DNA of 64,000 bases from Chrysomallon squamiferum (GCA_012295275.1 CM022665.1:8680001-8744000); one strand, 5' to 3'. Shown: positions 26,751 to 42,559, numbered from the stretch's first letter. Numbers and translations: made by a program. The notes: a model not told the origin generated them from the sequence alone.

Positions 26751-29592
26751 GTTAAGTTTCATTTTTTATAAGCAAAATGACCAGGACTGAGGTATTATTA
26801 AACAAATATTTAGTGTCATTAAGAGAAAAGGGAGATGTCCAGTGATGAAAGAACAGTCTTTATCATAATATCTCTGTTACCAGAGATTCTGATTTCTTGA
26901 TCTCTTGATGTGCTTGACATGCCTAAAGCCAGGTCAACAGTCCATTGTTTCAAGTCACTGCCTGTTAACCCTTTGAAAATTTAATGTTATCAGACAATAA
27001 GAGATTGGTAAAAAGATGACAGTACTTGATGATCAGCTTAATGAAGACTCCTCCCACCCAGTGAACTAATCCTCCAGGTGCTGAAGTTACGTAGTGGAAA
27101 ATCCAGTTTTATTTTTCTGTGTTAAAAAATGTATTATATGAATATGTGTATATATGGCTTTGTGTGTATGTGTGTTATAAAATTATTATTTACTATGCTA
27201 AGCATCGTGTATTATAAATATTTATTACTTGAGATTTTTTTTATGTTAATATTATAATTTTATACAAACAAACAACTTCAGGTGGGAAAAAGTTGTTTTA
27301 AAGAAATAACCATAATTACAAACTGTTTTCTATTGTAAACAACATAAACATACAAACATACAAACAAATTATTATCATGTTAAAAATCTATAATCAAAAA
27401 GGACATTTTGCTAGCATTTGTACAATTCCAGATAGGAATAAGCTGTCTAAGCTTACAGCTGCAAAATGAGGATGTGTAGTTTTTTTCTCACTTAGTCCTG
27501 ATTAAAGAAATTGCCTAAAGGGAAATTCAAGTAAATATTTTATGACAGTTATATTTAAAATTCTTAAATGTGGTAGGTAAACCCATTTGGAGTTAACAGT
27601 TAATGGCCCAAATAATTAAACTTGCTGTATAATTGTTACAAAATAAAACAGAAGTAGAAAACATTAGTGTATTTACTTAATTTAAATATAGATTTTCTAA
27701 ATATCTTTCTACTGGAATATATAAATTTAGTGTAGTTGTTAAAATGAATTAATTTATATATGTACTTAATTAAAAGTACATATTCTAAATATTTGTGTAT
27801 AGCAATTTCTGAATAGTTAAACATAGTATATTGCATGTTTACTTAATTAAAGGTAGGTATTCTAAATAAATGTAATAATTTCTAAATAATTATATTTGGT
27901 ATGCAGTTGGCAGTTGTTAACATTTATATGTGTATGTGCACACTTAATTTACTGTTTTTGTATATTTTTTTATTTTAATATTATTTTTTTAACAGTCTAT
28001 AAATATATATTAATATTTTAACAACAGAAATGTTTGTCTGGTCACCATTCAAGAAACAGTATAGATCCGAGTTCTGTTTACACCTAGGCTGACATCAAAC
28101 ATTACACCAGTTTGGCATTTGTCCCAGAATTTTGTGGTTTTCTACCATAACTGTTATTGCTTTGATGGTGTTATAGATAGTAAAGTGTGTTGACACTTTA
28201 TTCTTTCAGTTTGTTTTTGCTTTTTTGTAGAAACAATTCTTATTTTTTATTATTATTTTTTTAATGATTATTTTCAGGGGTTTAATTATTTATGTTTTTA
28301 AATAAATCTTCATGGATTGCTTAACCTGTAAACTTTATATTTTAAAAGAAATTCTGAAATAGTTTTTGTAGCACAGATTTGTGTCTTAAGATCAAAATTT
28401 TCAGTAAGATTTTAAATTGATACTTTACATAAAAATAATCTAAATTATATATAAATACCTTTGTAGGCTGGGAAGAGTTGTGAGGGATTGTGGGGAAAGA
28501 ACTTAAAGAAAACATAAATTTTATTAAAATTTTAAGCCCAAAGGTTTCTCATTAAAATGCATATGTTTGCTGAATTCTTTTATTCTGTGTTCCTTTTACG
28601 TGTAAATAACATAGGCCAGTGTTAGTGTATAAACCTTTCAGTGGTGTTTTTTTTTTTTTTTTTTTTTTATAATCCTTAATTCTGTGTGGGTGTTAAAAGT
28701 AATGTGAATAGAAAGAGAAGAGAAAAAAAAACAATAAAAAATTGTCCAGAAACTGAGAAGTAATTTGAAAAGAAATAATGAATTTTGACATTTTTGTTTT
28801 GTACTAAATAACACCTTTGAGTTGGTGAGGGGGGAGAAAAAGAAAAAAGAAATATGAGAAAAACACTGACAGTGCCTAAGTTTTTCTTGTAAATTAGCAC
28901 AAAGTCATGAAAGTATTGGTGGATTTAAAAAAAATAATCATAATTCTGTGTATTAAGCTCCTAGTATCAGATTATTATTTTATTATAATTAATGTTATTA
29001 TTATTTTTTTTTTTTTTTTTTTTTTGGTAATAAATATTTAAGAATTGAGAAAGTGAGAGAGTGAAAGTGAGTGAGTGTGTGTGTGTGTTCATGTTCGTCT
29101 GTTCATATTCAAGTGTTCTTGTTTGTACATGCATGAAATAACATTAAGATATTTGTAAATTAACTACATTATTGTTAAACTGAAAATGTTTTATTATTCT
29201 GAAATATTTGTCTGCAAAGCTTATTTAGATAATAAAACAATAAACTTCAGCTATTTATGAAGCAAATACCTAACATGTCATGGTCAGTGCCATGCTTGTT
29301 AAATCACAAAAATAACTGAGACGTCATTATAACAGTATATCTGTCACATTCAGTGATTTGTTTTCCACCATTTTGTCTCTGTACACTGTAGTAGTTGTTA
29401 TTCAAAAACTCATTTCCTTCAGTCTGTTGAAGGTATTTGACATCAGACTCAGATAGATCATTTATTTGTTATTTTGACCTTAAATCTAAATGTATAGTTC
29501 AATTTATCTCTAAATAGATTAAAAATAATAATAATAAAATCAAATAAATAAATAAATAATGACTACTACTACTACTACCACTACTAGTGTTG

Positions 29593-29646
<54 letters not shown>

Positions 29647-31834
29647 TATTATTTGTATTTGTATTTTTATTATTAATCAGTACACTTTCAACAGTAATTT
29701 AACTGTTTGTCATTTTTATTAATGAAACAAAATTATATTTATTAAAATATTTTCAGTAGTGATAATGGTATAATGTATCCTACTAGAAGAATTAACAGAG
29801 TTTGTGATTTATGAAATAGAACAAGTTATTGAAAGAAAGAAAGAAAGAAATGAAATAATAATAACAACAACAACAATGAATGAATGAATGAATGAAAGAA
29901 GAAAAGAATTATCTTGTTTTTCTAAGTACACACAGTCAAACTTACAACTGCACTTTCCCAGTACACACTGAGTTGTCTCAGATTACCTCTGCTGGAATTT
30001 TTAGGTCAAGAATGTTTGTTCACTGAATTTGTTTAACTGATTATAAGAAAAAGACAAAACAATTAAAAGTGTTGGTTTTACTTTATAGATTAAAGTATTT
30101 AGTTAATGGGCATTAAAGTACATCAGTAATACATACATAATAAAATTAAAACTTCTTTTTTCCTTTTTTATTGTATTTGAAAAAAAAAAATATATATATA
30201 TATGTTAAGTTTAACATTGTGTGGAGTGTCTCCAAATTAGTATTGACAACAACTCTTTGCTAATAATTCAAGAAAGCACCAAAAGATAGGTCAGATAACA
30301 GAGATTATACAACAGCAGGCAGAGTTTGTGACTGTATAATGTGTATGTATGCGTGCAAACATCCCATTATTTATGTTTATGCAAATGTAGAAAATACTTC
30401 ATTTTGTTTAAAACTATACAACCTTTCCTCAGATAACTGTACATTTTTATGAAGGTCTTAACATGAACAGTTTAATTTATGTACACCAAAGTTATTGTGA
30501 AATTTAATGTTACTGTAAACAGGTACTTATCTCCACCCTAATGAGTGTCCCCTGAGGAAATTGTGCCTTTCTTTGAATTGTGCAGACCTGTTGGTTTGTT
30601 TGCACTCTAACAGTCAGTAACAAAACTGCCAGATCTTGTCAGATATTCACCTTCGTGTTTATCAGACCATGACAGTCAAATACAGGTGGATTTAACAGGT
30701 AATGGATACTGAAACTTTGTGCATTTCCCGCCAAAAATCTTAAGTTTTTTTGTTTGTGTTTTTTTTTCTTTCTTTCTTTAGCGTTACCATTGTGGGAAGA
30801 AGTGGATTTATGAAGTGGGGAAGGAAGTTTCAGAATTGGATTTTTTTTAATATTTATTTTAAACATTGTTTTGAATATTTAAATAAAGAGAAACATACTG
30901 TTATGATCTAAATAAATCAGTAAATCAATAAATAAACAAAAAATGATTTGTATAGTTACTATTTTTAAAATTTAAACTTTGTTTATTTATTTATTTATTG
31001 CAAAATTAATAATACAGCTATTTTCTTCACATACAAAAATTCTTTCCACAATTTTATTATAATTATTATTATTGTTTGTTTTTTCAGTAAATTACTCAGT
31101 TTTTCTTTTATTATTTTATTTATTTTTATTTTTATTTTATTTATTATTATTTTTTTTTTTATAAAATAAGATGATCATAAAAAATTACTTGGTTAGGCTT
31201 TCTTACTGAACACAGTTGTTCCTAATTTTTAAATATAAAATATTTCATTTATTTTCATCAAAGTAATAATAAATAAACAAATTTCATCCAACATCCTTAT
31301 TAATTTTTCACTTGAAACACCATACCCACCCCCATCAAAGTACACAATACAAAGTAAATGAATACTTTGATAAAGATCAATGTATTGATAGTTACATTTG
31401 ATAAATATATTTTTAATGACATGTATGAATGGGGGATAATGAACTCAGTTTTCAGAGAGCTACGTACATCATTTAACAGAATAGCTCTGACACTGTGAAA
31501 AAGGAAAATCAATGGCATTTTCATCTTAGTGTATAGAGGTTTAATGAAGAAAACAATTTTCAAATCAACACACACCAAAAAAGAAACATAATATAATAGA
31601 CAAAGAGACAGAAATGAGTGTGAAGTGAAATGGAAACTTAAAGATAGGTTATCATCAGTAAACAGACAGAGATTTTTAAATATACAATATGAATATCTGG
31701 GATGTAATCAAGCCAAAAGCTAGAATAGCTAAATATCTTTTTAAAAAGGATATTCAAATCACAGTCATTATCCATAACTTTTTTATTTTTTATTTTTTTT
31801 AAAACTTTTATATATTTGTATTTTATTATTAAAA

Positions 31835-31841
31835 CTACTAT

Positions 31842-31938
<97 letters not shown>

Positions 31939-31957
31939 AGTAGTAGTAATAGTAGTA
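31835..31957. repeat. Compound (TAC)n(TAT)n(TAG)n trinucleotide repeat
   Basis: Directly visible. Confidence 0.9.
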
Positions 31958-32718
31958 GAGTATTATTTTAAAAAAATGCAAAATTAGGTCAGTTAAATTT
32001 CAAATAATTGATTTCAGAAACCACATTCATATTCACAAATTACTATTATATTAAGTTTTTATATCTTCAAAGCTTGACAGTCATTAAATTTATTATATAG
32101 CTCAAGAGATGATTTTATAATTTAACATCCCTGCTGGAGTCCAGCATTCAGTTTGTCACTCTCTCTGTCAGAAACAAGGCCAGTGACATTTCATTCATTA
32201 CTCATTTGTCTTGACATTTATATATGCAACAGTTTTTATCTAATCATCTCATGCCTGCATATCAAAGAACAAAGACAGCTTCATGTAGTGGCAGACAGGT
32301 AAATAAAGGTGTTTAATTGACCAGTACTTGATAAATCACCAGCAGTTTTCTCTAGATATTGATTTATGAATCCCAGCCTCGCTTGTGACTGGCTATGTTT
32401 TCTATAGCACTCCAGTTGACCCCATTCACAGTCTCTTTGCCCCACTACACATGACATGCCTCAGGTGGTAGCCATCTTGTTTTGGCTGATGCCTTACCTG
32501 GATTTTTCCACCTGGGTCACTTACCTGGATTTAACAATCAACCATTCCTGGGTGTTTTCTTGAGTTTGGAAGCCATTACTTACTAGTTTGAACCAAAACT
32601 ATTGAAATATTCCACAAACAGTTTAGGATTTATTTTTCTTATGTTATTTGTGGAATTTCCTCCATATCTAGGCCGGTGTGTGAATCATGGTTGATGTACC
32701 TGTCTGTGTGTCGGGAAA

Positions 32719-32808
32719 ATGGAGTCACGATACTACAGTGCCGAGGAGGATTGGGATCTTGGTACTCTACAATTTATAAATCACCAGCTTGAAGAATACC
32801 TCAGAATG
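32719..32808 (+). CDS. ASPP: Probable alternative first coding exon of ASPP (MESRYYSAEEDWDLGTLQFINHQLEEYLRM)
   Basis: AAAATGG start context, 30 codons with protein-like composition, donor ATG|GTATGT in phase 0 matching exon 43134; preceded by a GC-richer segment containing CpGs. Confidence 0.6.
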
Positions 32809-33259
32809 GTATGTAGTACCCATTCACACTACAGTAATTATTATTATTATCCAGTGAATACATACATTAAAATATATATATATATATATACATGTGTTTG
32901 TGTGTCATGTTTCATCTTATGTGTCACACCCCATTGATTACAGGTATTTCACTGTGTGTCATGTCAATACTTTACTTGTTATGATAGTTATTATCTTTAC
33001 TGAAACAAGTTTTAAAATCTTATTACTCTTCTACTCGTGTCTGAAATGAAACTGTTCATTTAAAAAAAAAAAAAGAAAGAAAGAAAAGAAAAGAAAGATT
33101 TTATTTAAACAGTGAATCAGGTGGTGACTTTTTTAAGTGGTAGATTATTTCAGATAAGGAGTGTTTGTTTGTTCTTTATAACTGATTATTTTAAATGTAA
33201 AAATTTAAAGCTTTGTAATATATGTTGGTTTCTAGTTTCTTATATATCAAATGTTTGTG

Positions 33260-33261
<2 letters not shown>

Positions 33262-33308
<47 letters not shown>
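33262..33308. repeat. (GT)n microsatellite
   Basis: Uninterrupted GT run. Confidence 0.95.
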
Positions 33309-33310
<2 letters not shown>

Positions 33311-34062
33311 ACGTTAACTATAAAATTAACTATTAATTAATCATAATTTTGAAACAAAAATTGTATATAATACAGCCTTTACTGAAATTATTTTCTAATT
33401 TATTTTTAAAAATTGGCCATGCAGAGATAATAAAAATCTTCAAATTACATGAATGAAATTGTCAGTAGGATACATGACAAAGGAAGAAAAATAACTTCAT
33501 TAGAATAACATAAATTTGTTGGTTATAGTCACACATAAGGCAGCACATTAGTATAATTATTGTATGTAAAAAAAATATATATATATTTCTCTCTTTTTAT
33601 AAAATTGAATCTGTTCACAAAATATTCTGTTACATGTGAGTGTATTGTTTGATTTCTTTTCCTTTGTCAAGTTTACCAAGAAGCTCACCCTGAGTTTGAA
33701 TACAAATATGAGTTTAAATACACACACAGAACAAAACTTATACTAGTGTAATAACACACTCTGCCCTTAGTTCTCTTTTATTCATGTATTAAAAAAAGAA
33801 AGAAAAAATAACCCACCCACCCTATGATATCTGGCTGAAAGTTAAAAAAAACCCAAAAACTAATTATGTAAATGTGTCTGTAAGAAAGTGAAGAGAGTTT
33901 GGCCTTTCATGGTACTGTTTTGAATGTTTTTATTTTTTATTTTATTTTTTTTAAAAGAAAGATTTGTCACAGATATATTTTTGCTTGCTAAGAACATGCC
34001 TATTAAAATGGATTTTTTGTCTGTTTAACAGTAGATTGTATTTATATAAATTTGTGTGAGTG

Positions 34063-34065
<3 letters not shown>

Positions 34066-34119
<54 letters not shown>

Positions 34120-34200
34120 AATAGATTGTTAGAGGTTGAGAGAGAGAGGGAAAGAGAGAGAGAGAGAAATAGAGGTTGAGGAGAGAGAGAGAGAGAGAAA
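34066..34200. repeat. Compound (GT)n(GA)n microsatellite
   Basis: GT run followed by interrupted GA runs. Confidence 0.9.
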
Positions 34201-37200
34201 AAGAAAGTGGAAGTGGAGGTGGAGAGAAATTTTATAATTGAGGCTGTCTTTTACTTTTAAAAACAGGGGAATCTTTGTTGTGATATACTATAGAAGGAAT
34301 TCAGCCCAAGTTACACTGTAGGAATCTATTACTCAATACTATATTTGCATTCACATACTAGGTGGGATCACAAGTCCATTTATCAAGTAATTACTATAAC
34401 AGCATCCAGTTTATTACAGAGAGCTTGGTGCTTGGTTAATAAGACACATAGGTGTGAAAAGTGAATTGAGAGGTAATTGTCTATAATTATCATGCTGTGC
34501 AGGCTTCACTTCCCTGCAGTGAGGAATTTTAATGTCTAAATATCTTTGTATGCAGCCGATTATTTATTTTGAGCTTTTATTACATTGTTATATATGTAAT
34601 ATCTGTGGTTTGTGATCATATAACAGATTGTGTATTGTTTTATTGCTTTATGATTTATGCATGTAATGTCTAAATATCTTTGTGATACAGCAGGTCACGT
34701 TTTCTTAGTTTTTATTTCATTATATACATAATACTATTATCATTTGATGGTTATAAAGCAGATTACATGTGTGAATAATAAATTAGTTTATACATTTCTG
34801 TTGGGTATGTGATCATACATAAAAATTATAAATACTAGATTATCAAATATTTGTTTTTATTACACTATTTATATATAGGCCTACATGAAAGATAATCCAT
34901 TAATATTTTCCTGTAGTTTAAATACATTTTTCAGTACAACTGATGGATGTCAAAAGTGTTTTATTTGTTTCTTGGCAATGATAAATAGGTGACACCTTTA
35001 TGTGGTATTTACATTTTTAATTTTAAAAATTCTCCATTTTTACCTATTTTAAGTACACGAGCATGTAATTTTGTAAAAAATCAACAACAAAAAAACAAAA
35101 ATTGATATTTTTCTGTTAAAACTTGTATATTTTTTATATTTGTCATATCATTTTCACATACCTATGTGTGTGTATCACTGTATCTATATATTCAGTTAAT
35201 ATTTTCCTTTAACATTTTTTAATGAAAGACACTAGAAATCTAAAAGCCACAAGTGGGTATTTCAAACAACACAGGCAGAGAAAAAAAGTCAAGTCCAAAA
35301 TGTTTAAAATAGCTTTCTCAAATTGCAGATAAGAATAAAGTTGACTCATTTGTCACAGTAAACAGAAGGTGTGTCTTGATGTTTCCTGCTTGAGAAGGAA
35401 AAACTCTTCTTATCTTGTTTTACTTAATGTAACTGATAAAAACCTGCACTAGTTGAAATAAAAGGTTAATCAGTTTAATTTAAACAATTTACCAGATATG
35501 GGATCAAATCAGTTGAGAACTGGTAATTTAATTTTGTTTTAAAATGGAAATGAATTGTGTAGAATTTACAGAAATTGAAAATTTATAATTTTTGTTTTTA
35601 AATACCAGTTTTTTGTTTTGTTTTTTGTATGTGTGTTTTCTGTGTGTGTGTGAGAACAGAAATGAGTGTGTATGTGGAGTTAATAAAATGTAACACATCA
35701 TGAGAGCAAAATAGTGGAGGAAAAATTTAAGATTAAAACTCTTATTAATGTTTTTATGTTCTCTGCTTGTATTGTCCTTTATACTGTTACTATTTTTCTT
35801 AATCTTATTTTTATATTCAGTGTTATTTAAAAAAGAAATAAAAAGAACAAACAGTATATTGTTTACTTTCTGCTACAAGGTTTACAAATTCAATGAAAAC
35901 TAAATTGATTCTACAGTCAGAAAAAGATAGTTTATTGCTGTGTGTACCCATAAACCTTAGTAAAAAGTAAACAGTTCAGCGTCCAAATAAAAACAAAATT
36001 CAATTTCTTACTTGATATCTTTCTCAAGTCATAAAAAAATAAAAAAAATAAAAAAGTAACTAAAAGAAAATAACAATGTAACTGTCTTTGTGTATGTATG
36101 GAACAATGGTAACATTTGTTTCAACTACATTTCTCTCCCCTTTCTTCTTTTTTATCATCATGAACAAAAATGACTCATCAGACTAAGGCACCTTTGAAAT
36201 CTACCTTCATGAATCTATAGGCAAATATTTTGTATTATTATGTCATTGAAAAAAAATTGGTATTTCCCACAGTCTGGTGGGAAATCCACATAGTATTTTC
36301 CTATCTATCTGCCTGAGATAATCAACATAATCAGTGAAGCATGATTCCATTGAAGAAGATTACACTAGCTGTTGCTGTGTTTATCTGTGATATTAATAAT
36401 CAAATAATCAATAGACTAGAACCTCAAGTGTTCATCAGCATAAGTGTTCACTTTGTCAGGTCATATATTTATCTTGGTTTTGTTCCCTTTTTTTTTAATG
36501 CAATTACTACTTTGAATATGATACAATTTTATTTTGATATAATTTTGCCTTACATTTTTATGTAAAGTATTTTTATGCATTCATTTTTTAATGGGCAGTT
36601 CTGTGGCTCAAGGGACAAAAGTGAAAAAATTTATTTCAATATTTCATTATGTAAAGGGTCAAAATTTATTCACAAAACTTCCAACTTAAAGAAAATAATG
36701 GTAATTCATTTTGCTTTTCTTTTTTCTCTGTAAATCTGATATGAAGATGCATCACATAATTTCAGTACTACAGATTAACCAAGAATAGAAATACTGAGAA
36801 TATTAAATCACTGACACTAATCAGTTTATAATGTCCATAGCATCAGTTTAAAGAATAAGGAAGTTTAAAATAAGTTTTGGAAATAGCTAACTAAATATTG
36901 GATTTGAAGTCAAAGTAATGTCCATCATGAAAAAAATCTAAATTGTTTATTTGAGAAGAAAATCTGAATATTCACATACTTTCTAATTTTCTTAGTACAA
37001 GCCAAGGCAAAATTATGTTATCTGTATTTGAGAGAGAAAAGAAAACTAACATCCATCACAGGAAAAGTAAATGCAGTAAATCCATCACATTGCTGTAAAT
37101 CATGAAACGTTTTTAGTAGAGTCTTATTTATTCAACTTTTGTGAATAAAAGGTTGTTTCACCAAATATCAGTGAGGTCAGCTGTAGCACAATCATATTTT

Positions 37201-40200
37201 TGCCCACAATTCTTCAGTTTTTTAAAAGAAAAATTCTCTCCAATTTCATCAGACAATATGCTCAAAACAAACAAAGATATGTATTCAGTATTATTTGCTG
37301 TTCAGAAAAATTATTATTTCCAGTTCAAGAAAATGATAGTTTTCAGAGTAATCACAGATTATATATTAAAATGACAATTAATGAGAGACAAAAAATATAT
37401 AAACAGATGAGATAAGAAAGAGAACGAAGATGACAGACCAGAAAGCAAAGCACAGGGCTTCACATTAAGTGCTCAGTGGCAGCAACATCAGGTAAGACTT
37501 TTCACAGTATTCATGTGTCATACTGGCAGGCTGGAATCAACTGTGATGGCATCTGATAACCTTGCACATTGAAAAGATACTATCATGGTGTACCTTGATA
37601 TACTCTTGGAAATGATCCCCAATTCAGTCAAAGCTGTACTGATTTGGTCTGTTGTAACAAAAACCACTTCATAGCAGCTACAGAAAAGCATAAGAAAAAA
37701 TATTCACTGAAATGTCTTTCTCATTTCTCATGGGGCAAGTGGCCTGTTGATGGTGTCTGTGGCTTTGTAAAATGGGCTGCACTGAAACAAAAAGAGACAG
37801 TAATGGTGAAGCAGGCACCTCTGTTGAAATGGCTAGGGACAAGCCACAGGACAGTTTTCAGATAATTATGTCTTAAATTTTTAAATTCATAGCTTAAATG
37901 ATAACAATTTTTTTAACATTTCATTCATAATTTATGAATAGAATCTTCATATTTAAACTTTCATATTACTTGACCACTGATTTTCAGGAAATTATGTGAC
38001 TTCAATTTACAGTTAGATTTTTCAGTTTCTGTACATTATTACATGACTTAATATTTTTATGCAGTTAAGCATCTAGTCTATTCAGCATCTTTTTTAAATC
38101 TTATTGTTTTTATAAGATAATCAAAGGATAAATAAATTAATATATGGACATAATTAACATTTATTACAAAACTAAAATTACAAAAGTGAAGGTTAAATAT
38201 GAAAATATATTATTATAATTATTTAATAAATGTATTTAAGAAATGTTTTAATCTCTGTGTCTCAGGAAACGTATAATAAAGTAGAAGTACATAATTAAGA
38301 AAAATAAATCATGATTTACCATAAATCATCTAACTCTGTGCAGTTAACAAATGGGAAGACAGAAATTTTATTATGTCCTATTAATCTATTAATCTATTAA
38401 CATGAATCATTTGCTGCTGTTTGTAATATGAAACACATAGAGTATACAATACAGCTATTTTGGCTGGTTGTTTTAACTTCATACTAATAATGTAATATGT
38501 TTGCCTGAGATCATTATATCAAATGTTTGAATTAATAAGTTGATATAGCTTGATGTTGTAGTATGTGTGTGTATCTAGCATAGTTTAGCATTGTTGTATA
38601 CATATGTGAGTGTAATTTGCATTATAATGTTATGAAATATTATCTAATTGTGCATATAAAGTTAACCAAACATTTAATCAATACATGTATATTATGGTAG
38701 GTATAATGTTTTTTACACAGCTGAACTGACAAATTGCTTATATAGCTCGATAATTTACAATGGAAAAAACAAGCATACAGTGCACCTAATAATGTGCTGT
38801 AATCATTTTGATAAGGTATTATATAATGAAGATTAAATTTTATCTTTTCCAATGTTTATGTGACTGATATCCACCTGTTAAAGATTTGTGTCGCTAACCT
38901 GAGAGGTGTGGTGATTTTTTAAATTATTTTTTTAAAATCAGGTTTGAACACCTGTCTAATCATTAACATTGATTACCTGCTGTTATTATTTTTACATACT
39001 GCTACAACTTCTAGTACAGTGTGTATGTATGGAATGTATAATTTTGTTTGACATGTACTATAATGATGGAAATATCATTTTGCTTAGCATATGCTATAAA
39101 GACGAAATTAATGTTTTAAGGTTTTCTCTCCTTTTATAAAGGTTTGTGATTTTTCTGTTGATTTGGTTTATTTAAGTCTCTGGATGTGATGGTATGAAGT
39201 TTGTTTTCATTGACAAAGGTTCCACTTTTCACTTGGTCAACAAATTTAACTATTTATATCTTCTACATGCCAGTGTACTGTTATAGTAGTCTGTGGATAA
39301 AATGTTGAGAATAATGTAAAACTTGAAACTGCCTTAATGCAGATACAAGTTAATTGATGTAAATGACATGCATATTTGTTATCGTTTCAGATGTAGGTAA
39401 ATGTGTGTTGTGTTAAATTTGCTCCTGAATTAAACCAGTCCAGAGGTCAAAAGATTTTGTTCAAATTTCACAGAGATAATTTGTAGTGTAATATTATTAT
39501 AACTTAAGTTTTATTATAACTAAAATGCTTTTTTCTTTGATAGTTCACATATGTAGTGGGTTGTGTTAAATCTTGTCCAGAAAACAGTGTCAAGATGTGA
39601 GAGGAGTTTGTTAAAATAACACTTTACAATAGAAAACATCAAATAACTGCATATTTTAAAAACTTTGTGGATATGTTTCATACACTAATATTATTATAGT
39701 TTTAAATAGGTAAAATTGTAAAAAGTGGCCAAAAGTTTGTTCTCAGAAGCTATTCAATCATTGCTTTTTTACAATTATTTATTATCAGTTATAAAAAACT
39801 ACATTTTATTAAAATTCATAAAATGTTTTATAATAGAGTATACAATAAAAAAATGTCACATAGTTTGACACTTAATAAGTGTATTGGAGCATGAAACAAT
39901 TTTTTTCCCCTAATAAACACCCACCTTTTGCACTCTTTACATGATAAATATTTAGTTTTTCTTTCTTGCTTTGTGACGTTTTCTTTTTTAAATTTAGATT
40001 AAATATTGACATAACCTACAATGTTGACAGAATAATTATTATTCTAAGAATATATTTTTATTTCAAACCTGTTTAAATAGGTCAGATTTTGAAGCTAAAA
40101 AGAAAAAAGAACTCATTATATGTAGTCAAAATGAATCAAAACATTTAATATATGGGTTAGAAAAGTTATAAACAATATTTGGTTTGATGTTGTGACTGAA

Positions 40201-40532
40201 ATATAAAATCTACCACACTATAATGAACTATTATACTGATATTTTAAAATAATAATAATAAGAAGAAGAAGAAGAAGAGGAAAAAAAAGAAGAAGAGCAA
40301 CAACAACATACTGAGTACAGAATCATATGGTAAAGTATCATGAGGAAGGATGATACACAGGATCAAATCATCATGGTTTACATCTAAATGGTTTATCATG
40401 CAATCCCAATTGGTTGATACTTTCTCACTGTTAGAAGTGATGTATAAATTTTACTTTTAAGTGATTAAAGTGGATCATTAAGTTAGTGAAATATTTTCTG
40501 TCTTGTATATATATTATATTTTTTAAGGTGTA

Positions 40533-40679
<147 letters not shown>

Positions 40680-42559
40680 ATGTGTTGTTTCTGACATTTA
40701 GAACTAAATCTGTAATTTAATTACTTCATAACTGTTTTCAAAAATCTGATATTACATTAACACCAATTCTCATTAGTTTTAGTTCCTTTTCATTCATACA
40801 ACATTAAATATTTTAAAATATTAATACAAAGATCTTAAGATGAAATATATTTCTATTAAATCCAGTTGAAAGAGCTAAAAATCAATGTATGTATATAAAT
40901 TTTGCTTCAAACATTCCTTTTTTATTTTTGTGGACAGGTTTTGTGTTAGTGGTGAAAAGTGTCATATCTGGCATTTTTGTAATATTAGACTTTGTACACC
41001 ATGGCCTCTGCAACATTAGCATGTTACATGACTAATAATCTGTCAGCACACTTTTCTGCAGGATTCATATTTCAAATCATCAAATTGTTTGGAATTATAA
41101 AATGTTTCACTGAATTTTGGCCTGTAGTCAAATTTATGTTGAACTTTAGGATCACATACAGTGCTAAATAAAGGTCATTAGTGCTTGAATGCAGTTGTTT
41201 TTGGCAATATTCATATACAAAAATATTTGTGTTTCATGTATGTATTTCATCTATTTGTCTGTGTGTGTGTACATGTGTGTATGTTAATGTGCACATGTGC
41301 ACGTACACACCCACACTTCTGTGTTTCTAGGTATATACATATGTATCCTCGTGTATATATGTGTGTGTGCAAGTTATATTTTTGATAATAAATATTTTTT
41401 TTTTTTTTTTGGAGGGGTCCTAAATGAATATAACATTTTAGAAAATAAAAACATAAAATAAACTGAATATTCATAAATTAAAACTTATAAAGTTTGATTC
41501 ACAAACTATTGCAGTATCAATCATAAAACCTTGATATAGTTAATCAAATGATTCTATGAATTCAGATACTCTGCTCACTGTACTGCTTATTATAACAACA
41601 GTGTGACATGAAGAATGTGGACTTCAAAAGTCAGATAAATATTGTCTTAACAGAATACATGCATCAACATAAGTCTTTATAGCATACAATCATACTGACA
41701 TAAGTCAAAATAAAAGTGTGGGTTTTTCTTACAGTGTACAATCATATCTACATAACTCAAAATAAATATGATATATCTTCAGAGGTCTCTCAATCACTTT
41801 AGTTGATAGTACAACATAGGTAGAATTGTTCGTAACACTTGACAGCATTGTGAGGTATTCCATGTACACTGGACAAATAAAGGTGTTGGGGTCATGGACC
41901 ACACTCACTGGTAAACAAGTGAGGTGGAATTGCGTTGTTCTTAAGCGGCTGTTGTGTTCTGTTCTTATCATATCATGCGTGATGACCATTTGGAATTATT
42001 CCAGATATGTCATTTCTTGTTTCAGTCGTCTTTTGAACATTGCATTTGTACTTGTTTACAAGTTTTGTTTTTCATTTGTTTTCTTGACTGGTTATACCTT
42101 TCCTAATGGAATGTTTTGAAGATTCTTTTATATTAAATGTATGGTAATTAAATTATCTTTATAATGATGAGTTTATTCTGTTTGTTTGTTCTATATGTGT
42201 ATAAGAAATAATAGATTTTTATTTATGAAACATGTGGGTATCATTACTTGTCTTCCTATAATTAAAATGAAGATTAATATGTCTATTTACAATTGTAGTT
42301 TTTCCATTTGTTTGCTGTATTTATTCTTTTGTTGTTACTATTTTACTTAAAATGGATCATGTATACTGATAAAAAATAAGCATGGTTAAGAGAACATTCC
42401 TCAGTATTGACATATACTAAAAAGGTCAAGGTTTTAAACATCCAAAAAATGTAGTTTTCTTTACATAATCTTTATGGATAGCTGAACACTGTTATTTACA
42501 AGATGTTGGCTGTATAATAAATGGTTGGTATTCTGAAGTGGGATGTGATAAAACTCTAC

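Noticed and set aside
37411-37491. Purine-rich segment ending in a strong donor CAG|GTAAGA
   Set aside because: In-frame stop just upstream, no ATG after it and no pyrimidine-tract acceptor; at most a non-coding exon.
41862-41918. Possible further ASPP first exon (MYTGQIKVLGSWTTLTGKQ|GTGAGG, phase 0)
   Set aside because: Frame-compatible, but the donor and start context are only moderate and there is no other support.
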